A stretch of DNA of 63,892 bases, the filler included, from Craspedostauros australis (Eukaryota), in the NCBI GenBank assembly GCA_030167865.1. It is 12 parts of 12 records of this genome, joined end to end, with 100 filler letters (N's around TTAATTAATTAA, not from the genome) between each part and the next. Parts side by side here need not be neighbours in the genome. Positions count along the whole stretch, not along the records: positions 44,033 to 59,345 come from JALAGF010004535.1; 11 more parts are not named here. The stretch is one strand, 5' to 3'. This document shows positions 44,033-56,030 of this stretch, in pieces; position 1 is the stretch's first letter, and every line of letters starts with the position of its first letter. Below the pieces are notes generated by a model. The model searched no databases, had not been told where the DNA came from, and saw only the letters and a list, made by a program, of their open reading frames with translations. Position numbers and translations under genes: made by a program.

Positions 44033-46485
44033 GACTCGGAGCAACAATGTTCAAGGCAAAGTTCCTCTCCATCTGGAATGCAATCGGACAGAGCCACAAC
44101 TACCGGCTGGCGTTCGAATCCTTGCGACAGCACACCAGCACCATTCGCCCAGGACCATGGCAGCAACCCAGCAGATTCGAAGTTCAGCAATTTAACCTTG
44201 GAGTGCAAGAAGGAGGCACCGAGCCAGTCCATCACGTACCCAACACGCGCGAAACTGACTTTCAAGCCATCCTCCAAAGCACCCTAACAGTTGACCCGAG
44301 CTACATCCTTGACACCAACAACTGCATCCCACAGAAGGATTGGGCCAACATCGAACAACACGCATACTCCGTGAACATCATTGAGCCACAGCCAGATGCC
44401 ACCAACTTCCCAGCTTATGTTGACTGGCAACTCATGAGCTACTTCGCTACAGGCGCCGACCTCGACATCTCTGAGCGAACGGCAGCGTACAAGGCTTCAA
44501 CCTCCGACCCAGACACACTCTCCTTCGACGAGGCCATCCGTGATGACAACAGAGACGCATGGATGCAAGCAGCGAACAAAGAGATCCAGGATCTCACCGA
44601 AAAGGGTACATGGGAAGAAGTCGACAAGAGCACTGTGCCTTATGGAGAGAAGATCTACCCAGGAATGTGGGTCTTCCGCCGCAAACGCCTCCCCGATGGT
44701 ACAATTAAAAAGTACAAGGGTCGATGGTGCTGCCGCGGCGATCTCATCTTCGAGGACGCTTCAACTTATGCGCCAGTTGTGGCATGGTCCTCCGTCCGCA
44801 TCTTCCTGATCACATCAATCGTCTTGGGATGGGTCACAACATCCATCGACTTTACCAACGCCTTCGTCCAAGCCGAGATTCACAAACCGGTGTTTCTCCA
44901 TCTACCACAAGGGTTCAAGTCAAGCAAAGGATCAAACACATGCCTCGTCCTCAGAAAGAGCCTATACGGCCTCACCATAGCTCCTCGCCTGTGGTACGAA
45001 CACCTCATCCAAGTCCTCCTCGCCAAAGGATTCACTGCCTGCGATCAGGAGCAGTGCCTCTTCATCCGTGAAGGCATCATGATAGTCCTCTACGTTGATG
45101 ACGCCGGCATCGCATCCAAGACCAAGAAATTTGCAGACAACTTCATTCATTCCATGAGACGCCAAGGATTCGAGCTCACTCAGGAAGGAAGCTTCAACGA
45201 GTTCCTTGGCATCGAAGTCAACCGCGATCCACAATCCAATTACATCCACTTGCGGCAGCCAGGACTTATTCAAAAGGTACTCGCGGCAACGGGTATGACG
45301 GACTGCGGTAGAGCTGACACACCCGCGGCTCAAACCGCACTTGGCAGGAATGCGCATGAACCACCCATGAACGAAGACTGGAACTACCGCTCCGTGGTGG
45401 ACATGCTACTCTACCTCATGACCAACACTCGTCCAGACATTGCATTCGCTGTCTCCCAAGTTGCTCGCTTCGGAAGTGACCCTCGCCGCTCGCATGCAAA
45501 AGCAATCAAGAGGATCATGCGATACCTGAAGACCATGCAGGACAAGGGTACAACCATACGCCCCACTGGACAATTGGACCTCACGTGCTTCGTTGACTCC
45601 GACTTCGCAGGACTATACAGACAAGAGCCCGACCAGGACCGCACGGCGGTCAAGTCGCGTACCGGATACCTCATCAAGCTCGGAGGATGTCCGCTCATCT
45701 GGAAGTCCAAGCTTCAAACGGAGATCGCACTCTCAACAATGGAGGCTAAGTACGCCGCACTTTCCCTCGCAATGCGTACTCTCATTCCAATTCAACAACT
45801 CATCCGCCAGGTCATCGACAACGCTGGCACAGATATGCCTCTGCACACAAACCTTCAGTGCACAGTCTTCGAAGATAACGAGGCATGCATCTCACTCGCC
45901 ACCAACCATCAACCAACCGCTCGAACCAAACACTTCCTCACCAAGTGGCACTTCTTCTGGTATTGGGTCAAGGCTGGGTTCATCTGTGTGCAACACATCC
46001 CAACAGGCGAGCAACTGGCCGACGTCTTCACCAAGGGAGTGATGGTCGTAGCCTTCCAGTACTTGCGATTCCAAATCATGGGATGGTAAGAGAGGCCTTC
46101 CCACATCAACAACGGATGAAGTTTTCACCGATGTCACGATCTCACTGCGACTCAACACTGAGAGGGAGAGTTGAAGTTCATCTAAAGAACGGACTACTTT
46201 TTCACTCAGTGTGTTCCTTGTCGCACCATGGAATTATTTTGGCGCGAAATTTTGGCGCAAAACCTCCCTCCAACAAATACGGAACAATCCCTCCTTTCCC
46301 TCCTTCTCCCACTCTCACTCATGAATCACCACTGACTCAAATACTATCCGAGTCAATGGGATCAAGGCACCCTGGGAACTATATGCTCTCCTGAACTATT
46401 GCGATGCAGGCAACCTGAATTTCGGTGTCAGCTCTACAACCTGACAACCCTGCACGACAACAGCCAAGAGATCTTCCCTGCTTCA
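44033..46485 (+). mobile_element. Ty1/Copia 3' portion: RT-RNase H, PPT GAGAGGGAGAG, 3' LTR ~46172-46485
   Basis: Pol ORF, then a purine tract at ~46160-46170, then an LTR-like block shared with 25052-25393. Confidence 0.88.
44047..46089 (+). CDS. Copia pol RT + RNase H, partial
   Basis: WVFRRKR, KYKGRWCCRGD, DFTNAFVQA, SLYGL, LYVDD, TRPDIAFAV, FVDSDFAG, FEDN, QLADVFTK. Confidence 0.95.
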   Translation: MFKAKFLSIWNAIGQSHNYRLAFESLRQHTSTIRPGPWQQPSRFEVQQFNLGVQEGGTEPVHHVPNTRETDFQAILQSTLTVDPSYILDTNNCIPQKDWANIEQHAYSVNIIEPQPDATNFPAYVDWQLMSYFATGADLDISERTAAYKASTSDPDTLSFDEAIRDDNRDAWMQAANKEIQDLTEKGTWEEVDKSTVPYGEKIYPGMWVFRRKRLPDGTIKKYKGRWCCRGDLIFEDASTYAPVVAWSSVRIFLITSIVLGWVTTSIDFTNAFVQAEIHKPVFLHLPQGFKSSKGSNTCLVLRKSLYGLTIAPRLWYEHLIQVLLAKGFTACDQEQCLFIREGIMIVLYVDDAGIASKTKKFADNFIHSMRRQGFELTQEGSFNEFLGIEVNRDPQSNYIHLRQPGLIQKVLAATGMTDCGRADTPAAQTALGRNAHEPPMNEDWNYRSVVDMLLYLMTNTRPDIAFAVSQVARFGSDPRRSHAKAIKRIMRYLKTMQDKGTTIRPTGQLDLTCFVDSDFAGLYRQEPDQDRTAVKSRTGYLIKLGGCPLIWKSKLQTEIALSTMEAKYAALSLAMRTLIPIQQLIRQVIDNAGTDMPLHTNLQCTVFEDNEACISLATNHQPTARTKHFLTKWHFFWYWVKAGFICVQHIPTGEQLADVFTKGVMVVAFQYLRFQIMGW

Positions 46486-47435
46486 ACACACGCAGGGAAC
46501 CTTACATCAATTCCCTTGGCCTGACAACCTGTGTTCTCGATCTCAACCTCAATCAAGGTGTCAAGGCTTTGTACTCGAACGTAGAACGAATACTGTCAGG
46601 AATCGGGGGTACGACTTTGCAAAGATACCTTGTTCTACCACAGCTCCCATGGGGACTGACTGGAACCGGGATGATATTATGTGCAAAGATACCCATGATT
46701 GCCGCAACCTCCAATAGAATCTTCCAGACAAACCGCAACCTACCAATCGAGCAGTCGCACTCGGACAGCCCAATGGCCTTACCTGTCTTATGCGACACCC
46801 AAGCACCCTCATCCAGTGGCCTACTCGGCCATGTCCCGATAACGGTGGGGAACCCAGCGATCTATGACAACGGCAACACATCAGCCCATGAGTGAATCGA
46901 ATGAGCGCAACAACCAATATATCTGAACAAGTCGACGCGTCCCTGAGAACCAAATGTGAGAAAGTGAAACAGAGGCGATCCCTATTCACCCAAGACCACG
47001 ATCCAGAAGACAATAAGTTCCAAAGATCCAAAGGTAACCATCGAGATGACCGAAGGAAGGAACTGAAATGACACGAACCGAAGTGGGACCAGTGAGATGA
47101 CATGAGACCCAAGGAGAGGTACCCGCAGGTCTACGAGTATGAACCCGACGAATGTAGGTGCTCTCCACCATGCGGCTAAAGCAGGCGATGAATTACCATG
47201 ATCGCAAGATGCAGATGCAGATGAAAGGAGCCAAGCTAAAGGGTGTGACCTTGGGTGGCTATTGCAGATCATGCATGTTATGGAATTGGAATCGAAAGGA
47301 GATGAGCATGTTGTGCTCACAGTTCTAAAACGGTACAGATTGATAACAGATTAGTCTACTACCTTAACCCCGGATTTCCAACAGACTACGATGAGATACT
47401 GGAGAAAGAGAGAAAGAGAGGACCCATCCGCCCTC

Positions 47436-48235
47436 TGTCGAGATGTACATGTGAGTATATGTCGAGATGTACGTGTATATGTGCATCGTTCACCCGTTAT
47501 TCTCTCATACGCACTTGGACGGTATAACTACATTCGTGTCAATAGTATGCTGTGATTCGTCAGAATTACAGTGGAAATGGAACACACGAAATCGAGCAAG
47601 ATTTCTGGAGGAAATTTGCAATCGACGATTTCTGAGAGAATTAGAAATCTCGTCCGTCCATCCATCAATGGTACCAAGGAATCTCGAGGTACTTCCCAAC
47701 TAAACCTCAGATGACAATATCATCTGACAGACTGCTGCATCACCAATGGAACGTGACATCTGGAGAGCAGAAGGGCGCCTACTGACGTCGACAGGATGTC
47801 ATCGTGTCACCACGTCGACATCTGTCTCCAGGTCAGAGCAGAAGGCGAAGATCCGATGACCGAAGGGCATCAGCATCATGGATACAGGAGGTGCAGTTCA
47901 AATGGTAAGTACTCATGGAGTAGGAGCCAGTAGTGAGTGAAGGGAGTATCGAATGCGGAGTACGCATCGAACACGGAGTATCGTGTAGCACGAAGTACAT
48001 GATGCTGAGACAGAGAGAGAGAGAGAGAGTACGAAGAGCAGCGAGAGAGCATCTCACGTACCGACTCATAGTCGGAGACTGAATCTACGAAACAGATTGA
48101 AGCGCCGAGAGCATCGGGCAAGAGAACGGACACCGAGAGGATCGGAGTGCCAATGTAATGAAATAGCAAACAAACGACTATCAACCAATACCATCTTCCA
48201 CGATCGTAGGTTACCGTGAGCGGAACTTGCCAACA
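47436..48235 (+). mobile_element. Copia LTR family B, copy 3
   Basis: TGTCGAGATG...CTTGCCAACA, highly similar to copies 1 and 2. No TSD. Confidence 0.92.
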
Positions 48236-48256
48236 CCAGTACTCCACTTTGACGCG

Positions 48257-50753
48257 ATGTGCTCTTCGCTGCATGCCATCATCCTTTTCTGCGCACTGAT
48301 GCACTTGGTGTCGTTGGCATGCTGCGCTCCACCAACAGATGAAGCGAAGGGCGCACCCAACAAGGCACCACCAACAATACCAACAAAGCCCAAGTCCGAG
48401 CTGCAGAAGTTTGTGGACTCCATCTCTCTTCGCCGTTCGGCACATTCGACAAGGACACACGTGACGATTGCGCGGACATCATCGATGCGTGCTGGTCGGA
48501 CATCTTTGTTGGAAATCCAGGGTGGTGATGATAGTAGAAAGCTAGTCGTTTGTTAGAATCTACTTCTCTGAACTGTGAGCTCTTCATTGCTCTCAACTTC
48601 AAAGTCTGATCTCCTCCTGAGATCTCCATGGGTCCCTCTGTTGGTCTAGCAGGCATCCATCTTGCATTCATCGCAAATTCATCATGGACATGCATGCACC
48701 ACCAAGTACCCCATGTCTGTGCACTCAAGCATGTTGTCCTCCGCTGATAGTTTTGTTGCCTTAGACATTGCCGAGTCGTAGGCATGATACAGATCGGTTC
48801 ATTCGATGTGATCACAGTCTCCCATTTGTCACGGGAGAACCCTGGATGGGAGCTCATTCAGCTCCCCATCATCACACATCTCCGATGCTTCTCCGATGCT
48901 TCTCCAATGCTTCTCCGATTGTTTCTCCTGTCGTTTCTCTGATTACTTTGCCGATCACTTCACCGGCTTCCTGGAAGTTTGTCATTACTGGTCCGTTCAC
49001 AGGCCATCTCACACTTCGTGACATCCACCTTCCTCCAGTACTCTTTTTCATTGGTTGCGACATGGGGGCCGTAGTCGTGTGTATTGTGATGTTAGTCATG
49101 ATTCCAACATCCTTGCCCCCTGCGACATCCACATGTGATTCGCATTCCTGCATTGGAGTCATGAATGCCAAAGTACGGTTCGCATTCGGCACGTGGCGTT
49201 CTCCACTGCAAAACACGTGCAGCTCACATTTCTCTGTGTCACACCGATCGCAGGTGGGGGTTGCGGTAATGTATCATATCATGACATTCGACTCCTTACC
49301 CGTGAGAGGTGCGGCAATTCGGTGTTTCAGAATGTTGGAGCAAATGCCCAAATTGTGACGACAGATGGCGCGAAACCAAAGAAACCAGGAAATGCCAATG
49401 ACGTCATTCGTCGGTGCGAGTCAACGGCTGGCAGCCACCACCAACACCAAGCAAGCAAACACAAGAAAAACAACAACAAGCTGGACATCGGCAGCAAGCA
49501 GCCATAAATCCAGTTTAAAACATCTGATTACACCACAATGCAACGTTATGACGCATCCCCCACTACGTGGTGGGGTCTTGTAACGACGCAAACATGTACC
49601 TACAGCCAATGGACAGAAACGAGACATGGAGTATCGAGCGTGTCGAATTCTGTCACAACTGAAGAAAGACGTTCTGCGTGTTTTGTGTTCACGTTATCAG
49701 TCTTAACGAAATTTGAGTTGCTCCAAACGTGTTTCTCCGAAAGCGAAAGATCCTCCACACGATCCAAAGACACGATCAACAGCAGCTCACAACAAAATTG
49801 AATGATCGAACGAAATTCAAATCGACTGTGGAGTGCAACACCACAAGGCAACATGGATGCAACTTGCTTTACCTCATGCTACAGCCTGCTTCCAACCCAT
49901 GTTCTTGCTTGCTACCGACCGTGGTGTGAACCGCAATCACTGCGAGAATTAACAGCACATCGTGGACGAGAAGCAGCCACAAGTCGAAACCAAATCGTTA
50001 ACATCATAAATCAAACTTCCATCAAACTTTCTTCACAACAACAATCTCATCGCTCCTCATCTGGTTTGCCCATCGGTTCATCGCCGTGTAGAGACCGGTG
50101 CAGGAGCCATTGTCTCAACACAGAACACCCGATTCCTGACACATCTTCGCCAACATCTTCGTGGAATGCGCGGCGACGTGCACGCAACAATTGGAACAGC
50201 CGCGCATGAATGGCAAGGCCTCCGATGCGTCCGCCTTCTACGACCTGCCGTCGGTCCGACTGCGGCGTCCCACAAACTCAAAACTCATGCAGATGGAGGA
50301 TCTGGAAGGATACGTCGTCATTGTCGCGATCGTTTCCCTCATCCCCGGCATGGCGGCATACTACTACGAGCCGTTGGAGCATCTGCATTCCAGCTTTCGA
50401 CCGAACCTCGAGATCGTCCTTCTGCCCGTCGACGTCGGAGTGGAGGGCGGTATCCACCTCATGCTGCACGATCCACCACATGTGCGCGTGCTGCAAGAGA
50501 TCGACGATGCCACGAGCAACACCATGATTCGGTACCTGCTAGACGTCAATCCAACGTCGGGAACGGCATCCGTCCTAACGCGGGCGGATGGAACAATGCA
50601 GCATGTGCAATCGAACTCAATCTGGATCGGGTGACGATGTATCTGCTCAGCGCAGATGGGATGTTCGTGGAGCGATTAACGAGCCCGTCCATGAATGCGC
50701 TGCAAGAGAGGGTGACGCTGTTCATGAAATCCATGGACTACGACGAGCTGTGA
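48257..50753 (+). pseudogene. Disrupted secretory/ER protein (signal peptide, ShKT-like Cys motif, thioredoxin/GPx-like domain, C-terminal YDEL), split by a ~1.6-kb insertion and frameshifts
   Basis: 5' part MCSSLHAIILFCALMHLVSLACC...DDCADIIDAC...NPGW. 3' part ECAATC...AFYDL...EDLEGYVVIVAIV...; frameshift at ~50610; ...SADGMFVERL...DYDEL*. Confidence 0.6.
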
Positions 50754-51284
50754 GGCAGGGTGTTGTACAACGGTGGATCGCGACGTTGTGCGTGTCACTA
50801 GCGTGGATGGATGATCGCACCCACATGTGCATTTGTGCAACCAAGGCTGGTTCATTTGACTCAATCGTAGTTGTTCTAAATACACTGTTGAATAGAAGCT
50901 ATTTTGTTGATTGGCTGGTTGATTATCGGTGTACTAAGTATGTGTACGGTGTGTATAATCGTTATGGTGGGCATGGAAGGCGAACTAACAGACATCGCCT
51001 TTTCCATCATGTGTATTGACATCATGTCGTCATGTATAATAGTCATGTAATGTATGTGGTGAAGTGTTGGATGTCATAAGGGATGTGCCACCAACGCGTT
51101 CTCTTGTGTTGTGAATGGAGATGGCAGCTTCGTCGGATGCCGTTGGATGCTGCACGAGTACGAATGGGCACCATGTGCCTGCCCTCCTCTTCTGTACTTG
51201 GAACAAACAGAAGTGCCTCACTCTTTCGAATTGAAAATCTTGACAACGACTCAAGGATTGCATCAGAGATGTGCCCTGTAGGTT

Positions 51285-53246
51285 TTACCCTTGCCCCCAA
51301 CAGCCACATGAGACCGAGCTTTGAGCGTTCTTCTTGAAAATCTTGAGCTTGTCTCGAACTGATGCCAAGTGACGCGTGATTCCCAGTGCAGCCAGATTGG
51401 TGGAGCCAAACCGTCTCATGTCGGTGCACAAGATCGCAGGGTCGGTCAAGTAGTACTTGCCATTGGCCTTGACACCTTGAAGATCCGCCACAATCAAGTA
51501 CTTCTTGGTGAAGACGTACGAGAACTCCACGAAGCGAAGGAGCGACTCATCGATGTGATCGGGATTCCAGGTTCCTGCATTGCTGCAGTACTTGGTGAAT
51601 GGTGTTCCAGTGGTTGGCAGCACGTCTTCACCACAGTAGAAACGGTTTCCGTCTGCTTCATTTTTGTCGCTGACCTCCTCCACCACGCACGCTTGCAGAA
51701 CCCTGATCATGGCACAGTGCGAAGGACGGTAGGCTGACTTGTTGTATTCGTTGGCAAGGAAGCACGCGATGGATGATATCTCCATCTGTTGGAAGTATTG
51801 TTGTCTATCGTTGATTCTTGGCCCATGGTGCTTGTTGGTCTTGAGCACCATGGCGCTCTTGTCGAGCTTGAGTTCGTCATTGTGACGCGCGAGCCTTGCA
51901 TGGAATGCAATGCGGCATGACCCCTCAGCAAACGGGGATTTCGCCAGTTGGAGCTGGAGCTTGAGGTTGGCGCGTTTCACGAAATATAACAGAGAAGTGT
52001 TGGTGTCGGCCAGCCTGTTGACCGAGAGAGGCGTTCGCAAAGACTGGACGGAGATGTTGCGGCTGTTGCAGTACACGTTGACAGGCACCGTTCCTTTCCA
52101 TCCAAGGTGCGTTGGGAAATCTTTGGAGATTGTGTATGGTTTCATCTTGGCCTTCTTCATCTTCCCTCTGCCTGCTTCGTACTCCACTAACTTGCTCTGA
52201 GAGTCGATCAACGACACCGAGTTGAAGACAGAGTGGCGGACGCTCTTGACCACGACTTTCTCAACCATTTCGGGAGAAGAGAAGTCCACAACTTCGAGAT
52301 CAATGTTGTGGACGGACGCAAACCGCTCAATCATCTTGTCCGTTTTGCTGGTGATGCGACCAAAGAAGACGTTCATGGTTCCACCCGATGGATTGGTCCT
52401 GAGTTTGGACAGCTCCGAGACGATGTTGATGCCTGGAGTGCCGGTCGGGTAGTTGTCGCCAGACTTACCATGATCATGGAATTCGGTTCCATGACATGCT
52501 TCATCACCAACGATGAAGGCGACTCTGGTGGGGTGCATCCAGGAGAGCTCATTGGCCTTTTGGATGCCAACCGCCATGTCTTCTGGCGCGTCGCCGCCGC
52601 CAGTGGACTTGACTCCCTCCAGGAAGCGTTCGAAGACACTGACGTCGTCCATGAAATCAAGTACTTGATATCGATCAGATCCATCGTCAATATCTCGGTA
52701 GGCCACGAACCCCAACCGTAGATCCTTCCCCTTTCCATCAGCCTTGATCTTCTCGACAATCTTGCGGATAGTCTGCTTGGCACCGTCGATGTATGACCCC
52801 ATTGAACCAGTAGCGTCCATGATGAACACAAGATCAATTTCATTCTCCACAGCGTCGAGTTTTCCCAGCACGTCCTTGATATTGGATTCCCTCATGCGAC
52901 GCTTCAGTCGGCATCGACGCAACTTTGCGGCAAGTTCCTCGCGGGATTTGGTGGCATTGTCGAGTTGTTCACTGCAATTGCTGATCTCAGTGTTGCATTG
53001 AGAAAGTAGTTCGGAAGGTAGGGTTTCGGCTGTGTCCAACTTACATTTCTCCATCAGCTGTAGGGCTGCCTTGATGCTTTCGTCTAGGTCCACTCTTACT
53101 TTGGCCTCCTTCTTCTTCGCATCGCTGATCTGTTGTTGGGTATCCTCCTCATCGTCGCTCGCATCCTCTTCCTCCTCTTCGATCTCCTCGAGAACGGCTC
53201 TACCACCGCTGAGACTCACGAACTTTTCATCAATATTTGGCAGCAT
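51285..53246 (-). CDS. Coiled-coil + von Willebrand A + alpha-kinase (eEF2K/MHCK family; Dictyostelium VwkA-like architecture), 653 aa
   Basis: vWA: IDLVFIMDATGSM, GFVAYRD, GGGDAPED. Kinase: PFAEGSCRIAF, VLK, KYCSNAG, VADLQGV, LTDPAI, FGSTNL. Confidence 0.92.
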   Translation of the reverse strand: MLPNIDEKFVSLSGGRAVLEEIEEEEEDASDDEEDTQQQISDAKKKEAKVRVDLDESIKAALQLMEKCKLDTAETLPSELLSQCNTEISNCSEQLDNATKSREELAAKLRRCRLKRRMRESNIKDVLGKLDAVENEIDLVFIMDATGSMGSYIDGAKQTIRKIVEKIKADGKGKDLRLGFVAYRDIDDGSDRYQVLDFMDDVSVFERFLEGVKSTGGGDAPEDMAVGIQKANELSWMHPTRVAFIVGDEACHGTEFHDHGKSGDNYPTGTPGINIVSELSKLRTNPSGGTMNVFFGRITSKTDKMIERFASVHNIDLEVVDFSSPEMVEKVVVKSVRHSVFNSVSLIDSQSKLVEYEAGRGKMKKAKMKPYTISKDFPTHLGWKGTVPVNVYCNSRNISVQSLRTPLSVNRLADTNTSLLYFVKRANLKLQLQLAKSPFAEGSCRIAFHARLARHNDELKLDKSAMVLKTNKHHGPRINDRQQYFQQMEISSIACFLANEYNKSAYRPSHCAMIRVLQACVVEEVSDKNEADGNRFYCGEDVLPTTGTPFTKYCSNAGTWNPDHIDESLLRFVEFSYVFTKKYLIVADLQGVKANGKYYLTDPAILCTDMRRFGSTNLAALGITRHLASVRDKLKIFKKNAQSSVSCGCWGQG

Positions 53247-56030
53247 CGTACTTTCGTGTTCGAATTGTTTGCCAAGAGCTGATTGAGAATTATGTTTGCT
53301 TGAGGATGTGGGCTTGTGTCTTTCCCAGCTTCACAACTTGTTTGAGTTTCGGGGTTTTGTGAGAGGATGGCTGGGGGATGTGTGGAGCACATTGCTGCAC
53401 CCCTGTTGCACTCCGGTACACCTTCGAGACATGGTCGCACGCCAATTCGAACATGCACAAGATCGCATCAGATCGCACATGCTCCGAGTTTGCAACACAG
53501 TGCTGCGTTGATGCAGAATCTTGGGAGGTACAGCTAGGTTTCCAGAAGCGTTCGATGAAGTACCAGTCTCATCACTGGGCAGGTCGCCCAAAGACTTCTG
53601 AGAACTGCTCCACTGCTCTTCGACAGCTTCCCGACGATGCATCAGAAGTAAAGCTCTCCGAAAGAGTCACCTTCGCATCACGTTGTGTGGTACTCTCGGG
53701 ACATGGTCGCACCCTGGAGTTTGGACACGCAGAAGGTCGCAGCAGATGTCATCCAGCTCGAGTGTGTGCTCGTAATGCTGTGTTGAGTTGTCACAGAATC
53801 TTGGGTGACTCGCAGCTTCCAGAAGCACCCGATGAAGTTCCGTCGTCGTGAACTTGGCACGTTGCGCTTGCGTGGGTTGAAGTACTCTCCGTGGATATCT
53901 TGGAATCTGACTGATGGTGTTCGATTCTGTTCGATGCTTCGGTGCCACAGATCGGAAGTGACGATCTCTGGCAATCGTTGACACCAAGACGGAGAAGCAA
54001 TTCCCAATGAGGGTGCGACCTCCTTCGCCACCATCGGTACTCTGCGACGCAGATTTTTACAGCATCGACACAGGGAGCCATGAGACGGAACTCTCTTTTG
54101 GTCGCACCCATCTGTGCGTAATTGAAAAGTGAGAACACCAGTGGGCTCCCATTTTCGAAGATGCCATGCATGCCAGACCTTTGATCGCATGCTTGAGTCA
54201 GTGCCCCAATCAACCCTAAATCCCACTCCAGACATTGGTGTTTGCACAAGTGGATCTGAGAGAGGTCATCTCAATCCAGGGTTGGCAGTTGCTGGGCACC
54301 ATGCGAGGAGTTGTTTTGTGGTTGGGGTATGCCTGGATCGTCCGAATGCGTGTGATGCCAGGAACCAAGATCCAAACCGAAATTTGCCGTCGCCAGTCAG
54401 CCGGTGCGACAAATGGAACGGCACAGGCAGCTGTACTTATCAGATCAAAAGTCTATATTCACCTTAGTCTATGTCTAATCTTGTTCTCCGTAGACTACGT
54501 CAGGTCACGCATGAGACTTTTGGTCATGAACCGTTTTCTCTTTCTCTGTTGATCTCATTTACCGCAACTACCGACGGCGCTCAGATACCTGTCTTGGTGT
54601 CTGAGGATGGTAGCGAGCTAATACATGGACGTCAGGCCCTGCTTGTCATCCTCCTTATGTGCACCTGAACATGTATGTCTGAATCCCTGCGAATCCACCT
54701 TCACAGGGCATGTCTACTGTCTTGTTGAGTGAATGTATCTGAGCATCTTGACTCAGATACAAGCTCATCAATCCCATCAAATTTGGCAAGATTGCATTTC
54801 TGTAATGATCGGATTTGTTGCATGCATCATTGTTGTTCCAAGAAGCAAGATCAGTATTGGAGGTGCCATGAACCTCCTCAGTCTTGCAAACTTGACAACA
54901 TCTTCATGCTCTGCACTTCATGCACTGCTGTGTGTTGCAACACGTGTTGCCTCAGCATCATTTTTCATCATTTCATCTTCATCTGCTCACAATTCAGACT
55001 CCAACAGTTCTGAATTGGGCCAGCTTACATCATCTAACATCAATTAACCACTCAGAGCACAATAACACTATCACACAGCTTTGATCTACTTCATTGACGG
55101 ACTTGATCACTCCCAATTTTGAGGTAAGTACCCACTTTCATCTGTGTTCTATCAAAGCTCTTGCCTCCTGTGCTCAAAGGCGCAACCTTCGGCAACAAGT
55201 GCGACGTTGAGATCCTAACCAACGACGAATACAAACAATATTGACACAGGAATCGTGCCTGCACAACACACCACAGCAGAAGAGGAAATCGCGTTGCAAC
55301 AAGAAGAAAACGAAACATCGGAGCGAATTGCGTGCGAGACACAAACAATGAGAGAAAATACGGAATCTCCGGAGTTGGTGGAACAAAATGTGAGGACACA
55401 ATTGGTGGAACGAGTAAGAGCAGCAATGGAGGGACTAAATAAATAGAGTTAGCCCCAAATTGACATCGACAATCCTTCTTTTGGCAATCCAAATGAAGGC
55501 ACCAAGACACCGAATCTGGCCGTAGTGCGCTAGCCGTGTCTAGATGAGCGCAAAATCGATGAGTCCACAAAAATTAAAATAAGACATTAAAGCAAAATCG
55601 GGCGGCTCCATGATTCTTATATTTTTCTATAGTTTATGAATATGTAGGTGGCTTGGTTGAAAGCCTCGTAAGTTGCCACCACCCCAGGACCGACTGCAGG
55701 TCCCGTCACTCAAGTGGGTCACAGCAGTAGTAGTGGCTGGTAGTTTTGCCAAGAAGAATAGATGGCAGAGAGAAGGAAGTTTGGTGTTTGTCCTTCGTCA
55801 GTCAGGGCGTTGGCAACGAACACATCTCACCAAGAAATTCTTGGATCGCGCCATCCACCACCACATCTTGCCATCACGAACGTTGCCATCACAATTGTCG
55901 CTGCAATTACCACCACGATCCCATCCATTGTTGACATCATCATCATTCGAGTACGATCTATCATAGAATATCATATTATCATCTCTCCTTGATCTCCCCC
56001 ACCCCGTCCACATCCAAAAGAATCGTTGCA

